A DNA stretch of 64,000 nt from an uncultured Chloroflexia bacterium (GTDB lineage Bacteria; Chloroflexota; Limnocylindria; Limnocylindrales; CSP1-4): NCBI GenBank assembly GCA_963813335.1, contig CAWEYL010000001.1, positions 608,001-672,000 of the forward strand, given 5' to 3'. Every line of letters begins with the position of its first letter. Position 1 is the stretch's first letter. The notes beneath the pieces were generated by a model. The model had not been told where the DNA came from, searched no databases, and saw only the letters and a list, made by a program, of their open reading frames with translations. A program made the position numbers and the translations under genes. Shown piece after piece: positions 29,522 through 38,839 of the stretch.

Positions 29522-29785
29522 ATGCGACAGAAGACCCGCCTCAGCCTCCGGTCTGAGAGACCGATCAAGGACGATCCCTCGCCGATCGACCTGGGTGACA
29601 CGGCGCGCCAGATCGGCCTGTTCGAGACGGGGAACGGCTGGCAGCACAGCATCTTCGGCATCCTGCTCGCGTTGATCGTCGCCTTGCTGTGGCTGCCGAT
29701 ACGCGCGTTCCTGCGCTCCGGGTGGCGGGACGGCGCCGAGCCACCGGCGAGACCGACCCGGGAGAAAGGGGAAGACCGTGGATAG
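29522..29785 (+). CDS. Small hypothetical single-TM protein
   Basis: 87 aa, TM IFGILLALIVALLWLPI; CATCCT 7 nt before ATG. Confidence 0.6.
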   Translation: MRQKTRLSLRSERPIKDDPSPIDLGDTARQIGLFETGNGWQHSIFGILLALIVALLWLPIRAFLRSGWRDGAEPPARPTREKGEDRG

Positions 29786-29999
29786 GCTGCGGAGCATCGA
29801 TGTCGGAGCGATCCTCCTCGGGCTGCTGGTCCTCGGGGTGGGGATCTACTACACGCTCGTGAACGTGTTCGGCCTCCAGCTGGCTGAGCTGGACTGGGAC
29901 ATGATCTGGCCGCTTGCCGTGATCGCGCTCGGGATCGGCATCCTCTGGGGTGCCTGGAGTCGGATGACCCCGCGCGGGCACGGACCGACCGGCACCTGA
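29778..29999 (+). CDS. Small two-TM protein (LiaF/LiaI-like TM pattern)
   Basis: GAILLGLLVLGVG...WDMIWPLAVIALGIGIL. Confidence 0.7.
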   Translation: MDRLRSIDVGAILLGLLVLGVGIYYTLVNVFGLQLAELDWDMIWPLAVIALGIGILWGAWSRMTPRGHGPTGT

Positions 30000-30090
30000 T
30001 CGAGCGAGGTCAGTCGCCCACTGGCCGCGGCGCGACAGGCCCGCGGTCCGTCTGGCCGAGCCCGTGAGGCGGGCGCTACCCTTGCCTGGC

Positions 30091-30177
30091 ACCGGAGTGG
30101 CGGAACGGCAGACGCAGCGGTCTTAAACACCGCGGCCCGCAAGGGCGTCCGAGTTCGAAATCTCGGCTCCGGTACCA
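30091..30177 (+). tRNA. tRNA-Leu(TAA)
   Basis: ACCGGAG/CTCCGGT, GCGGT-CTTAAAC-ACCGC, variable arm GCCC-GCAA-GGGC, CCA; T-loop has one extra A. Confidence 0.92.
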
Positions 30178-30194
30178 GGCGGACAGACATGACG

Positions 30195-30233
30195 AAGCCC
30201 GCCGAGGAGGTCATTCGTCCCTCGGCGGGCTTT
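30195..30233 (+). terminator. Intrinsic terminator after tRNA-Leu(TAA)
   Basis: AAGCCCGCCGAGG...CCTCGGCGGGCTTT. Confidence 0.7.
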
Positions 30234-30355
30234 GGTCCGGACCGCCCCCGATGCCGCTTGCGCGGAACCTCGATCCGTGCCTCGAATGGTTCCACAGCCG
30301 GACGCCGCCGGAAGCCGACGATGGTCCCGGTAGTGCCAGACCATCGGATCGGGCG

Positions 30356-30431
30356 CTGTTATGCATCTGTAATGCGCTGCCGCGGCGGCGCTGCGCCGAC
30401 GTAACGCGGCGGGCCGGCGCCTCGCTACCAT
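30356..30431 (+). promoter_or_regulatory. OmpR/PhoB-type direct repeat plus -10 TACCAT
   Basis: CTGTTAT-GCAT-CTGTAAT (11-bp period), GTAAC at 30401, TACCAT 30426-30431. Confidence 0.5.
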
Positions 30432-30489
30432 TGGCTCCGGCGAGCGGCCCGTCGCGCGTGACGGGGCACTTGACCGCAAGGGTGACGCC

Positions 30490-30675
30490 ATGGGCGAGTC
30501 CACCGAGGCGCGTGCCCGCGACCTCGAGCTGGAGAGCTGGAACGACGACGTCCGGACGCTCCGCGAGCTGCACGAGCGACGGAGCCGGACGCCGCGCGAC
30601 GATCCCGAATGGGACGAGCTCCAACGCCAGGAGCAAGCGCTCCGCCTGAAGATCCGGGGCTGGGTCACCGGCTGA
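30490..30675 (+). CDS. Small hypothetical charged helical protein (61 aa)
   Basis: AAGGGTG RBS-like sequence, host-like codons, upstream promoter. Confidence 0.65.
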   Translation: MGESTEARARDLELESWNDDVRTLRELHERRSRTPRDDPEWDELQRQEQALRLKIRGWVTG

Positions 30676-30882
30676 CGGCCGGTCATCGTCCCGCCCGGCG
30701 CGCGACCACGGCCGCGGTGGTGCGTGCCCGCCACAGACCCAGGTCCGGCCCGGGACGAACGTTCGGACCATGGCGCGGGCACCTGCCGCGGCCCGACTGT
30801 CGGGTCGGCCCCAGGGTGCTCTTTCGGGGAAGGTCCAACGGAGCACCTGGGGGCCGCCAAACCCCGCCCGGCGCAGCCCGGG

Positions 30883-32106
30883 TCAGGCCCGGCGGCGAAG
30901 CCCGAACCGGCCCGACCGGCGTTCTGGCCCTGCGTCTGGGACGGTGTAGCCGTCCTCGCCGAAGGCGCTCATGCTCAGCTTGTTCAGCCGGTCCGCGGCC
31001 GCCGACTTCGGCGCCCCGATGACGACCGGGATGCCCTCGTTCACGGCCTTCAGGTAGAGGAACGGGTCGTACGGCAGCTCCGCGCCGACCTTCGAGCCCA
31101 GCGCGCTCTCGACGTCGCGCGGCTTGAGGATGTCCCTGGCGAAGACGTTGTTGAGGATGAAGGTCGACTTCTGGGTGATCGAGCCGACATCGTTGAAGTA
31201 GTCGATCAGGTTGTGGACGGCCCGGAGCGCGGCGACCTCCGGGTAGACCGGCAGCATCACCGCCTCCGCGGCCTCGAGCGCGGTCATCGACCGCTCGTCG
31301 AGTACCGCGCCCGCGTCGACCACGACGTAGTCGTAGCCCTCGAGGAGATTCTTGAGGATCCGGGCGACGTGGTCGGGGGTGACCAGGTCCGCGCCCTCGG
31401 GCGTGCCGGGCGCGGCCAGCACGTGCAGCCCGGAGTCGTGGCGGATGGCGTAGGGCCGCATGATCTCCGGCTCGCGCATGGCGATCTCGTCGCGGACGAG
31501 GTCGGCCAGGGTGCCGCGCGTCTCCAGGTTGAGGTGGCTCGAGACGCCCCCGAACTGCAGGGCGAGGTCGACCAGGACCACCTTGTCGGGCCGGCGCAAT
31601 GCCGCGGAGACCGCGATGTTGGTCGCGATCGTGGTGGTCCCGACGCCGCCCTTGGGGCTGAAGACCGCGATGGTCCGACGGGCGCGGGCCATCGTCAGGC
31701 CATCGGCGGAGTAGACCGGGCTGAGGCCGCCCGAGCGCTGGAAGCGGAGCAGCAAGGCCTCGACCCGGGCCTCCAGCTCGCGGCCGTCGAAGGGCTTGGC
31801 CATGACGTCGTCGGCACCGGCCACCAGGAAGGCGATCCGCTCGTCGACGTCGTCGGTCTGGCTGACGCAGACGATCGGGACCTCGCTCATCGCCGGCGTC
31901 GCCCGCATCCCCTCGCAGACCTCGATCGGCGTCATCGGGCCGGTGACGAGGTCGATGATGACGAGCTGGTGGTCCGAGGCCCGGGCGATCGCGTCGGCCG
32001 GGTCGGCGGTGACGGTGACGGTGTAGCCGACGCTCGTCAGGGTCGCCGAGATGGCCTCGGCCGACGCCGTGTCGGCATCGAGCAGGAAGATGGAGCTGGC
32101 GGGCAC
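30883..32106 (-). CDS. Receiver domain + MinD/ParA ATPase (CpaE/TadZ-like)
   Basis: GGAGG + GTG 32106; IIDL, AGADDVMAKPF; FSPKGGVGTTT, VLVDLALQFG, YVVVDAG. Confidence 0.85.
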   Translation of the reverse strand: MPASSIFLLDADTASAEAISATLTSVGYTVTVTADPADAIARASDHQLVIIDLVTGPMTPIEVCEGMRATPAMSEVPIVCVSQTDDVDERIAFLVAGADDVMAKPFDGRELEARVEALLLRFQRSGGLSPVYSADGLTMARARRTIAVFSPKGGVGTTTIATNIAVSAALRRPDKVVLVDLALQFGGVSSHLNLETRGTLADLVRDEIAMREPEIMRPYAIRHDSGLHVLAAPGTPEGADLVTPDHVARILKNLLEGYDYVVVDAGAVLDERSMTALEAAEAVMLPVYPEVAALRAVHNLIDYFNDVGSITQKSTFILNNVFARDILKPRDVESALGSKVGAELPYDPFLYLKAVNEGIPVVIGAPKSAAADRLNKLSMSAFGEDGYTVPDAGPERRSGRFGLRRRA

Positions 32107-32230
32107 GGAGCCTCCGGGAGCTGGATCGCAACGCGCGTCTTGGGGGGTGGCCAAGAGCATACAACGGCCCGGCGGGACGCCGGCGATCCGCCGCCGGACC
32201 ATGTCCGCGGGGTGGCGCGGGACCACGTGC

Positions 32231-32312
32231 TAGACTTCCCGCTCTGATCCTTTCTGCTCCGTGCCGGCGCGCCGTCAACGGGGCTTCCCCATCGGAAGGA
32301 GTTGCTGCGCGT
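32231..32312 (+). promoter_or_regulatory. rpsF promoter (TAGACT) and candidate S6:S18 autoregulatory leader
   Basis: TCCTTTC (32248-54) can pair with RBS GGAAGGA (32294-300); CCG in adjacent unpaired stretch. Confidence 0.55.
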
Positions 32313-32750
32313 ATGCGCCGATATGAACTGATGCTCGTGGTCCGCCCCGACGTCGCGGACGACAAGAGCCAGGCGGTCATCGACCGCACCACCCGCCAGA
32401 TCGTGGCCGCCGGTGGCCAGATCGTGAAGGTCGCCCCGTGGGGCCGCCGTCGGCTGGCCTATCCCATCGACCGACACCGCGAGGGGTCGTACCACATCGT
32501 CCTGTTCGAGGCGCCCCCGGAGGCGATCACGGAGCTCGAGCACAGCCTCCTGATCACCGAGGAGGTCCTCCGCCATCTCGTGACCCGCGCCGACCGGCCG
32601 ACCAAGCCTGGCCGACCCGACGACGAGGGCGACATCGATGTCGACGACGAGTCGATGCTCCCGTCCGGCGAGGACGAGGATGACGAGGACGACATCCCCG
32701 AGCTCATCGACGAATCCGAGAGCGAGGCGGCCCCGGCCGCCATCGATTGA
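32313..32750 (+). CDS. rpsF: 30S ribosomal protein S6 with acidic tail
   Basis: MRRYELML, WGRRRLAYPI, EEVLRHLV. Confidence 0.96.
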   Translation: MRRYELMLVVRPDVADDKSQAVIDRTTRQIVAAGGQIVKVAPWGRRRLAYPIDRHREGSYHIVLFEAPPEAITELEHSLLITEEVLRHLVTRADRPTKPGRPDDEGDIDVDDESMLPSGEDEDDEDDIPELIDESESEAAPAAID

Positions 32751-32762
32751 CGGAGGCCCACG

Positions 32763-33212
32763 ATGGCGTTCTGCAAGATCATGCTCATCGGCAATCTGGG
32801 TCGTGACCCGGAGATGCGCTACACGCCGAACGGCCGGCCGGTGACGCAGTTCAGCGTCGCGGTCAGCAACAGCAAGCCCGACGGCCAGGGCGGCTGGGTC
32901 GACGAGGGCACCGACTGGTACCGCGTCAGCATCTTCGGCGACCGCGCCGAGCGTGCGGCCGAGCAGCTCCGCAAGGGCAACCGCGTGTTCGTCGAGGGTC
33001 GCTTCAAGACCCGCGAGTTCGAGGGCAACGACGGCCAGAAGCGCACGTCGCTCGACGTGACCGCCGACAACGTCATCAGCCTCGACCGCAAGGGCCGCGA
33101 CGACGACGCCGCATTCGCCGGCGTCCCGACCGCCGGCTCGGCCGTGCCCTCGGGCGGTGGATCGAGCCGCCCGCCCGCCGACGACACCGACCTCGACGAC
33201 CTCCCGTTCTGA
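32763..33212 (+). CDS. ssb: Single-stranded DNA-binding protein
   Basis: LIGNLGRDPEMRYTPNG; C-terminal DDLPF. Confidence 0.97.
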   Translation: MAFCKIMLIGNLGRDPEMRYTPNGRPVTQFSVAVSNSKPDGQGGWVDEGTDWYRVSIFGDRAERAAEQLRKGNRVFVEGRFKTREFEGNDGQKRTSLDVTADNVISLDRKGRDDDAAFAGVPTAGSAVPSGGGSSRPPADDTDLDDLPF

Positions 33213-33230
33213 CCAGGAGACCCACGACCC

Positions 33231-33497
33231 ATGCCTCCCGTCCGTTCCAAGAAGCGCGATGACTTCTATCGCGACCGCCGTCGACGCAAGGTCTGCGCGT
33301 TCTGCGCCGACAAGACCGCGCAGATCGACTACAAGGAGGTCAACCGCCTCCGCCGCTACCTCTCCGAGCGGGCCAAGATCGAGCCGCGCCGCAAGACCGG
33401 CACCTGCGCCGGCCACCAGCGCGAGCTGGCGGTCGCCCTCAAGCGAGCCCGCCACGTCGCCCTGCTGCCGTACGCGCCCCAGCACCTCCGACCCTGA
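33231..33497 (+). CDS. rpsR: 30S ribosomal protein S18 (Zn-binding form)
   Basis: [33 protein letters not shown]. Confidence 0.96.
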   Translation: MPPVRSKKRDDFYRDRRRRKVCAFCADKTAQIDYKEVNRLRRYLSERAKIEPRRKTGTCAGHQRELAVALKRARHVALLPYAPQHLRP

Positions 33498-33552
33498 TCG
33501 GCGTTGCTGACCGGACCGGCCGGCGCACCGCCCGCCAGCGACAGCTTCTGAG

Positions 33553-34383
33553 GTGGTCGTCGGCCTGTTGATGGTCGGCGGGGGAGCCGCGGCCGGACTC
33601 TTCGGCTCACTCCTCGGCCTGGGCGGCGGCGTGCTGCTCGTGCCGCTGCTCACGCTCGGCTTCGGGCTGCCGCTGCGCGAGGCCGTCGGCGTCTCGCTGG
33701 TCGCGGTCATCATGACCAGCGGCGCGGCCGCGGGCGTCTACCTCGAGCGGCACATCGCGAACCTGCGGCTGGGAATGTCGCTGGAGCTGTTCACCGCCAT
33801 CGGCGCGCTCATCGGCGGGACCATCGCGTTCGCCCTCGACGTCCGGTTGCTCGAGGCCCTGTTCGCGGGCCTGATGGTGTACGTCGCGATCACGATGCTC
33901 CGGCGCGGCGTAAGCGACGAGGCACCGCCAGAGCCGCTCGACGATGGCGCGGCCCCGCTCGAGCCGGCTGGCCGCCGCGGGTCGGTGCTCGAGCGGCTCT
34001 CCGGGGAGGGCTACCGGGTGCGCCGGCTGGGCCTCGGGGTGGTCGGGGCGACCTTCGCCGGGATCGTCTCGGCACTCCTCGGGATCGGCGGCGGGATCGT
34101 CAAGGTGCCGCTCATGAACGTCGGGATGGGGGTGCCGCTGCGCATCGCCACCGCCACCAGCAACCTGATGATCGGCATCACCGCCGCGGCCAGCGCGATC
34201 ATCTACTTGCTTCACGGCGGCATCGACCCATACGTCGCGGCCCCGACCGCGATCGGGGTCTTCGTGGGGGCGACCGTCGGCTCGCGCGTGGGCCACCGCA
34301 TCGACCTGCGGGTCCTGCGCTGGCTGTTCGTGATCGTCCTGCTCTACACGGCGTTCGAGATGCTCCAGAAGGCCCTCTCGTGA
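33553..34383 (+). CDS. TauE/SafE (TSUP) family exporter
   Basis: GSLLGLGGGVLLVP, SALLGIGGGIVKVP, ATATSN. Confidence 0.9.
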   Translation: MVVGLLMVGGGAAAGLFGSLLGLGGGVLLVPLLTLGFGLPLREAVGVSLVAVIMTSGAAAGVYLERHIANLRLGMSLELFTAIGALIGGTIAFALDVRLLEALFAGLMVYVAITMLRRGVSDEAPPEPLDDGAAPLEPAGRRGSVLERLSGEGYRVRRLGLGVVGATFAGIVSALLGIGGGIVKVPLMNVGMGVPLRIATATSNLMIGITAAASAIIYLLHGGIDPYVAAPTAIGVFVGATVGSRVGHRIDLRVLRWLFVIVLLYTAFEMLQKALS

Positions 34384-34745
34384 GCGCCGCGCCGCACGGG
34401 CACGACTTCGAACGGGCCATCGGCCGGCTGCTGATCGTGATGACCTACGTCGCGGTCGCCCTGCTGATCGTGGGCGTCGTCCTCATGCTGGCCGCCGGGA
34501 CCTCGCCGCTGAGCGGCGGACCCGCGTTCCACCTCGCCGACGTCGTGCCCGATATCCTCGCCCTCCGGCCGGAAGGATTCATCTGGCTCGGGCTGCTCGT
34601 CGTCCTCTCGTCCCCCGTCGTCCGCGTCGTCGTCGCCGGGTTCGGGTACGGTCGGGATCGCGAATGGCCGATGGTCGGCGTCGCGATCGGGATCCTCGTC
34701 GTCATCGCCGTGGCGATCATCACCGCCTCGATCACGGAGATCTAG
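34380..34745 (+). CDS. DUF1634-like membrane protein
   Basis: LGLLVVLSSPVVRV pattern; usual TSUP partner. Confidence 0.78.
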   Translation: MSAAPHGHDFERAIGRLLIVMTYVAVALLIVGVVLMLAAGTSPLSGGPAFHLADVVPDILALRPEGFIWLGLLVVLSSPVVRVVVAGFGYGRDREWPMVGVAIGILVVIAVAIITASITEI

Positions 34746-34746
34746 A

Positions 34747-35793
34747 TTGGACCTGCTGACCCTGCTCGTCGCCTTCGTCATCATCCTCGCCGGGGCCGAG
34801 CTCTTCACCAACAGCATCGAGTGGTTCGGCCGCAAGCTCGAGCTCGCCGAGGGAGCGGTCGGGTCGGTCCTCGCGGCGGTGGGCACGGCGCTGCCGGAGA
34901 CGATGATCCCGATCATCGCGATCCTCTTCGCGTCCGGCGCCTCGTCGCACGAGGTCGGGGTCGGGGCCATCCTGGGCGCGCCGTTCATGCTCGCCACCCT
35001 GGCCATGTTCGTGACCGGGGTCGCGGTCCTCGTCGTGGCGCGCCGGCGGACCACGAACGACGACATGCTGGTCGACACGCACGTCCTGTCGCACGACATC
35101 CGCTACTTCGTGATCGCGTACGCGCTGGCCATCGGCGCCGCCTTCCTGCCGCTGGAGCCGGTGTGGCTGAAGTGGATCGTGGCGGTCGTGCTGATCGGCA
35201 TCTACGGCTGGTACGTCAAGGGCCATTTCGAGGCCGACCCCGATGTCGACGCCGCGGACCTGGCGCCGCTGCGCTTCCACCGGCTCGACCGGCGCGCCCA
35301 CCGCACCGACCCGGCGGTCCCGCGCCTGCGCATCGTCAACGTCCAGGTGCTGTTCGCCCTCGGCCTGATCGTGCTCGGGGCCGTCTTCTTCGTGGATTCG
35401 GTCGGGCACCTCGCGACGTCGCTCGGCGTCGACAGCGCCCTGCTCGCGCTGGTCATCGCCCCGATCGCGACCGAGCTCCCCGAGAAGTTCAACTCCGTGA
35501 TCTGGGTGCGGGCCGGCAAGGACACCCTGGCGATGGGCAACATCACCGGCGCGATGGTGTTCCAGTCGACGATCCCGACGGTCGTGGCGCTGGTCTTCGC
35601 ATCGAGCACGTGGCAGGTCACGCCCGACAGCTACATCGCGTTCGCGTCAGCCGGGATCGCGTTCCTGGCGGTCGCCGCGATCTTCATCCCGATGGCCCGC
35701 TCCGGGCGGCTGCGCGGCCGGAACCTGCTGGTCGGCGGCGCGTTCTACCTCGTCTACCTGGTCGTGGTCCTCGCCACCATCTCGGGCGCCTGA
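34747..35793 (+). CDS. Sodium:calcium (CaCA) antiporter family protein
   Basis: Alpha repeats AAVGTALPE and APIATELPE, GNITGA. Confidence 0.88.
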   Translation: MDLLTLLVAFVIILAGAELFTNSIEWFGRKLELAEGAVGSVLAAVGTALPETMIPIIAILFASGASSHEVGVGAILGAPFMLATLAMFVTGVAVLVVARRRTTNDDMLVDTHVLSHDIRYFVIAYALAIGAAFLPLEPVWLKWIVAVVLIGIYGWYVKGHFEADPDVDAADLAPLRFHRLDRRAHRTDPAVPRLRIVNVQVLFALGLIVLGAVFFVDSVGHLATSLGVDSALLALVIAPIATELPEKFNSVIWVRAGKDTLAMGNITGAMVFQSTIPTVVALVFASSTWQVTPDSYIAFASAGIAFLAVAAIFIPMARSGRLRGRNLLVGGAFYLVYLVVVLATISGA

Positions 35794-35826
35794 GCGGGCC
35801 GGGCACGCGGACCTGACGGGGCCGCT

Positions 35827-35835
35827 TGCTATACT
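35827..35835 (+). promoter_or_regulatory. Extended -10 promoter of ilvE
   Basis: TGCTATACT. Confidence 0.6.
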
Positions 35836-35869
35836 CGGCCGACCGCATCCGATGCAGGAGCCGACCCGC

Positions 35870-36853
35870 ATGCTCACCGACCAGAAGGCGGCCGGCTCGC
35901 CGGCCCAGACCCCCCACCACGCGCCGACGCCCGACGCCCTCGACCAGCTGATCTGCTACTTCGAGGGGCAGTTCGTCCCGATGGCGGACGCGAAGGTCAG
36001 CATCATGACCCACGCGTTCATGTACGGGACCGCGACCTTCGAGGGCATCCGCGCCTACTGGAACGAGGACCAGGGCGTCCTCTACGGGCTCAAGCTCCGC
36101 GAGCACGTGGAGCGGCTGCGCCAGTCGTGCCGGATCCTGCTGATGCGCGACGTCCCGTCGGTCGACGAGCTCACCGGGCTGATCGTCGAGACCGTGCGGC
36201 GCAACGGGTTCCGCCACGACGTCTACATCCGGCCGTCGTTCTACAAGTCGACCCGGGCCATCGGCGTGCGCCTGCACGACCTCGACAACGAGCTGTACAT
36301 CATCGCCCTGCCGTTCGGGAACTACATCGACACCGAGGCCGGCGTCCGGATCATGACCTCGTCCTGGCGGCGCAATGCCGACGAGGCCCTGCCGGCGCGC
36401 GGCAAGATCGTCGGCGGCTACGTGAACATGGCCTTCCAGAAGACCGAGGCGGAACTCAACGGCTACGACGAGGCGCTCGTCCTGACCGCCGGCGGCCACG
36501 TGAACGAGGCCTCGGCGGCCAACCTGTTCGTCGTCCGCGACGGCGTGGCGCTCACCCCGCCGGTCAGTGACGACCTGCTCGAAGGCGTCACCCGCAAGGC
36601 CATCATGGAGATCCTCAAGAACGAGGGGATCCCCGTCGAGGTCCGCTCGATCGACCGCTCCGAGCTCTACGTCGCGGACGAGGCGCTGCTGTGCGGCACC
36701 GGCGTCCAGATCTCACCGGTGATCGAGGTCGACCATCGGCCCGTCGGGGCCGGGACCATCGGGCCGATCGCCCGGATCATCAGCGAGCGCTATTTCGACG
36801 CCGTGCGCGGACGGCTGCCCGAGTACGCGCACTGGCTCACGCCGATCAAGTAG
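35870..36853 (+). CDS. ilvE: Branched-chain amino acid aminotransferase
   Basis: YGTATFEGIRAY, catalytic K in RGKIVGGY, EASAANLF, LEGVTR, CGTGVQI; AGGAG + ATG 35870. Confidence 0.92.
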   Translation: MLTDQKAAGSPAQTPHHAPTPDALDQLICYFEGQFVPMADAKVSIMTHAFMYGTATFEGIRAYWNEDQGVLYGLKLREHVERLRQSCRILLMRDVPSVDELTGLIVETVRRNGFRHDVYIRPSFYKSTRAIGVRLHDLDNELYIIALPFGNYIDTEAGVRIMTSSWRRNADEALPARGKIVGGYVNMAFQKTEAELNGYDEALVLTAGGHVNEASAANLFVVRDGVALTPPVSDDLLEGVTRKAIMEILKNEGIPVEVRSIDRSELYVADEALLCGTGVQISPVIEVDHRPVGAGTIGPIARIISERYFDAVRGRLPEYAHWLTPIK

Positions 36854-36907
36854 CCGGCTGCGCGCGAGCCGCTGCGGCAGCGCCGGCCGCCGGTCAGGCG
36901 CCGAGGA

Positions 36908-38756
36908 TCAGGGACCGACCGGGGCGCTGAACTTGGGCGTGGCGCGCCCGATCGTGACGATGATGTCGGTCCGGATGGCCGGGTCCGTCGCCGTGGTGGA
37001 CTGCACCTTGAAGCGCGACTCGAGGTACGCGATCGTGTCCGGGTACTTGTCCGCAGCGCCGTTGTAGACCACGATCTTGGTGTCCGCGGGGACCGTGCCC
37101 GGCGCGCTCTGGCGTGGCGCGGACGCGGCGAGGCCGGCGTACTCGAGATACCCGGCGAGGTCCGCCGGCTGGGTGCGGTCGCTCAGGCCGCTGAGGACCC
37201 AGACCGCGGCGCCCTCGTTCGCGAGCTTCTCGCGCAGCGCCTCGTCCGCCGGGTTGGTCTTGAAGGCGTTCTTGACCGCGGTGCGGATCTTCGGGACGTT
37301 CGGCACGATGATGTAGCCGCGCGAGCTGTTGGGGAACTCCGTCTGGTAGAACGGTGGCGCGAACACGTACGAGCGGATGTCCTTGGTGTCGACCGACGAG
37401 GCCAGGCCCAGCAGGTCGTCGAGCTGGCTGACCGGGATGTCGGTGCGGACGGCCGACTTGAGCGCGGTCACGAGGTCGGTCAGGTGCGGGATCAGGAGCT
37501 GCGGGTCCGCCTGCTCGCGGAGCGACAGCAGGAGGCGCTGCTGGCGCTGCCCGCGGTCGAAGTCGTTCGACGAATGGCGTGAGCGGGCATAGCGCAGGGC
37601 CTGCATGCCGTCCATGTGCTGGATGCCGCTGGGGATGTAGACCCGCTCGAGCTGGCCGCCGATGCCCGGGTAGCGGTCGTCGGAGACCGGGACCTGGACG
37701 TTCACGGTGACGCCGCCGAGGGCGTCGACGACCTTCATGAACCCCTGGAAGTTGACCTCCACGAAGTACTTGATGTCGAGGCCGTAGAGCTCGCCGAGCA
37801 TCGCCTTGAGGCCGTTGTAGCCGCGGGTCGTGTTCGTGCCGGAGTAGAGGTCGGGGCGGTTGCGGATGGCCGAGAACCAGCTGTTGACCTTGCCGCTGTA
37901 GGCGGACCCGAAGACGCTCCGCGCCGGCCCGGCGGGGATCGGCACGTCCACCGTGTCGCGCGGCAGGCTGAACATGGCGACCTGCTTGGCTCACCGGGTC
38001 GATCGACACGACGATCAGGGTGTCGGTGTTGTAGAAGCCCTGCTTCGGCCGCTGGTCGGCGCCGATCAGCAGGATGTTCAGCCGCGCCTTGCCGTCCCAC
38101 GGCGGGATGCTGACCTGGGGCAGGGCGGAGCCGATCGCCGTCGGCAGCGGGGTCGGCGTGGGCGTGGCCGAGGCGTCGAGGCTGTCGCTCGCGCCGATCG
38201 AGTCGCTCGTGTCGGCCGACGAGTCCGGCGAATCGGAGGCATCGGCGGAGCAGACCGCGTCCGTGTCGCCGCCGACGAAGATGCACGGGCTGTCGAGCAC
38301 GTCCATCGCGAGCACGTCGTAGCGGGCGACCGCGACGTGCGTGCCGGCCATGACCAGGATGACGGCGAGCAGCCCGGCGATCGACAGGGGGTTGCGCCGC
38401 AGTCGTCCGGGGCCGAGCCGGCCGTCGCCGCTCGCGTCGTGCGCGTTCAGGAACTCCGTGACGCGGTAGGCGTCGACGATCGCCACGATCCGATAGAGCA
38501 GGGCCAGCAGGTTGACGACGAAGACCGAGCTCAGGAAGAACGGGTTGAGCACGAGGCCCAGCAGGGCGATGCGATCCATCCGCAGGAGCAGCCCGGCCCC
38601 GAGCGCGATGGCGAGGATCGGGAACGCCGCGAATGCCAGCGCGCGCGCGAAGGCACCGGCGTAGGCGTGTCCGAGGCCGGGGAAGATCAGGGAAAGGAAC
38701 GCGGCCGCGAACGGCGACCGGGCGCGCGGTCGCGCGTCCTTCTGCGTCTGTTGCAT
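36908..38756 (-). CDS. LCP (LytR-CpsA-Psr) family protein with N-terminal TM bundle and LytR_C-like tail (+1 frameshift near 37990)
   Basis: NILLIGAD..NTDTLIV; SLPRDT; ALRYARSRH, DFDRGQRQQ. Confidence 0.9.
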
Positions 38757-38839
38757 CGCGGGTAGGATACTCGGACCCGCCGAATCGAGCGCCCGTCGGC
38801 CACTGGCGCGCCCGCCCACCCCGTCGCACCCGGAGATCG

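Noticed and set aside
25897-30090. Intact prophage or IS in the tRNA region
   Set aside because: No integrase, transposase or phage structural ORFs are recognisable
30149-30166. 8-nt T-loop of tRNA-Leu(TAA) as a special tRNA
   Set aside because: Extra A in an A-run fits the insertion errors seen elsewhere
30756-30765. CGAACGTTCG as a LexA (Cheo) box
   Set aside because: Lacks the 4-nt spacer of GAAC-N4-GTTC and lies between convergent genes
38757-38839. T-box riboswitch upstream of ileS
   Set aside because: Only about 83 nt between divergent genes and no T-box motif
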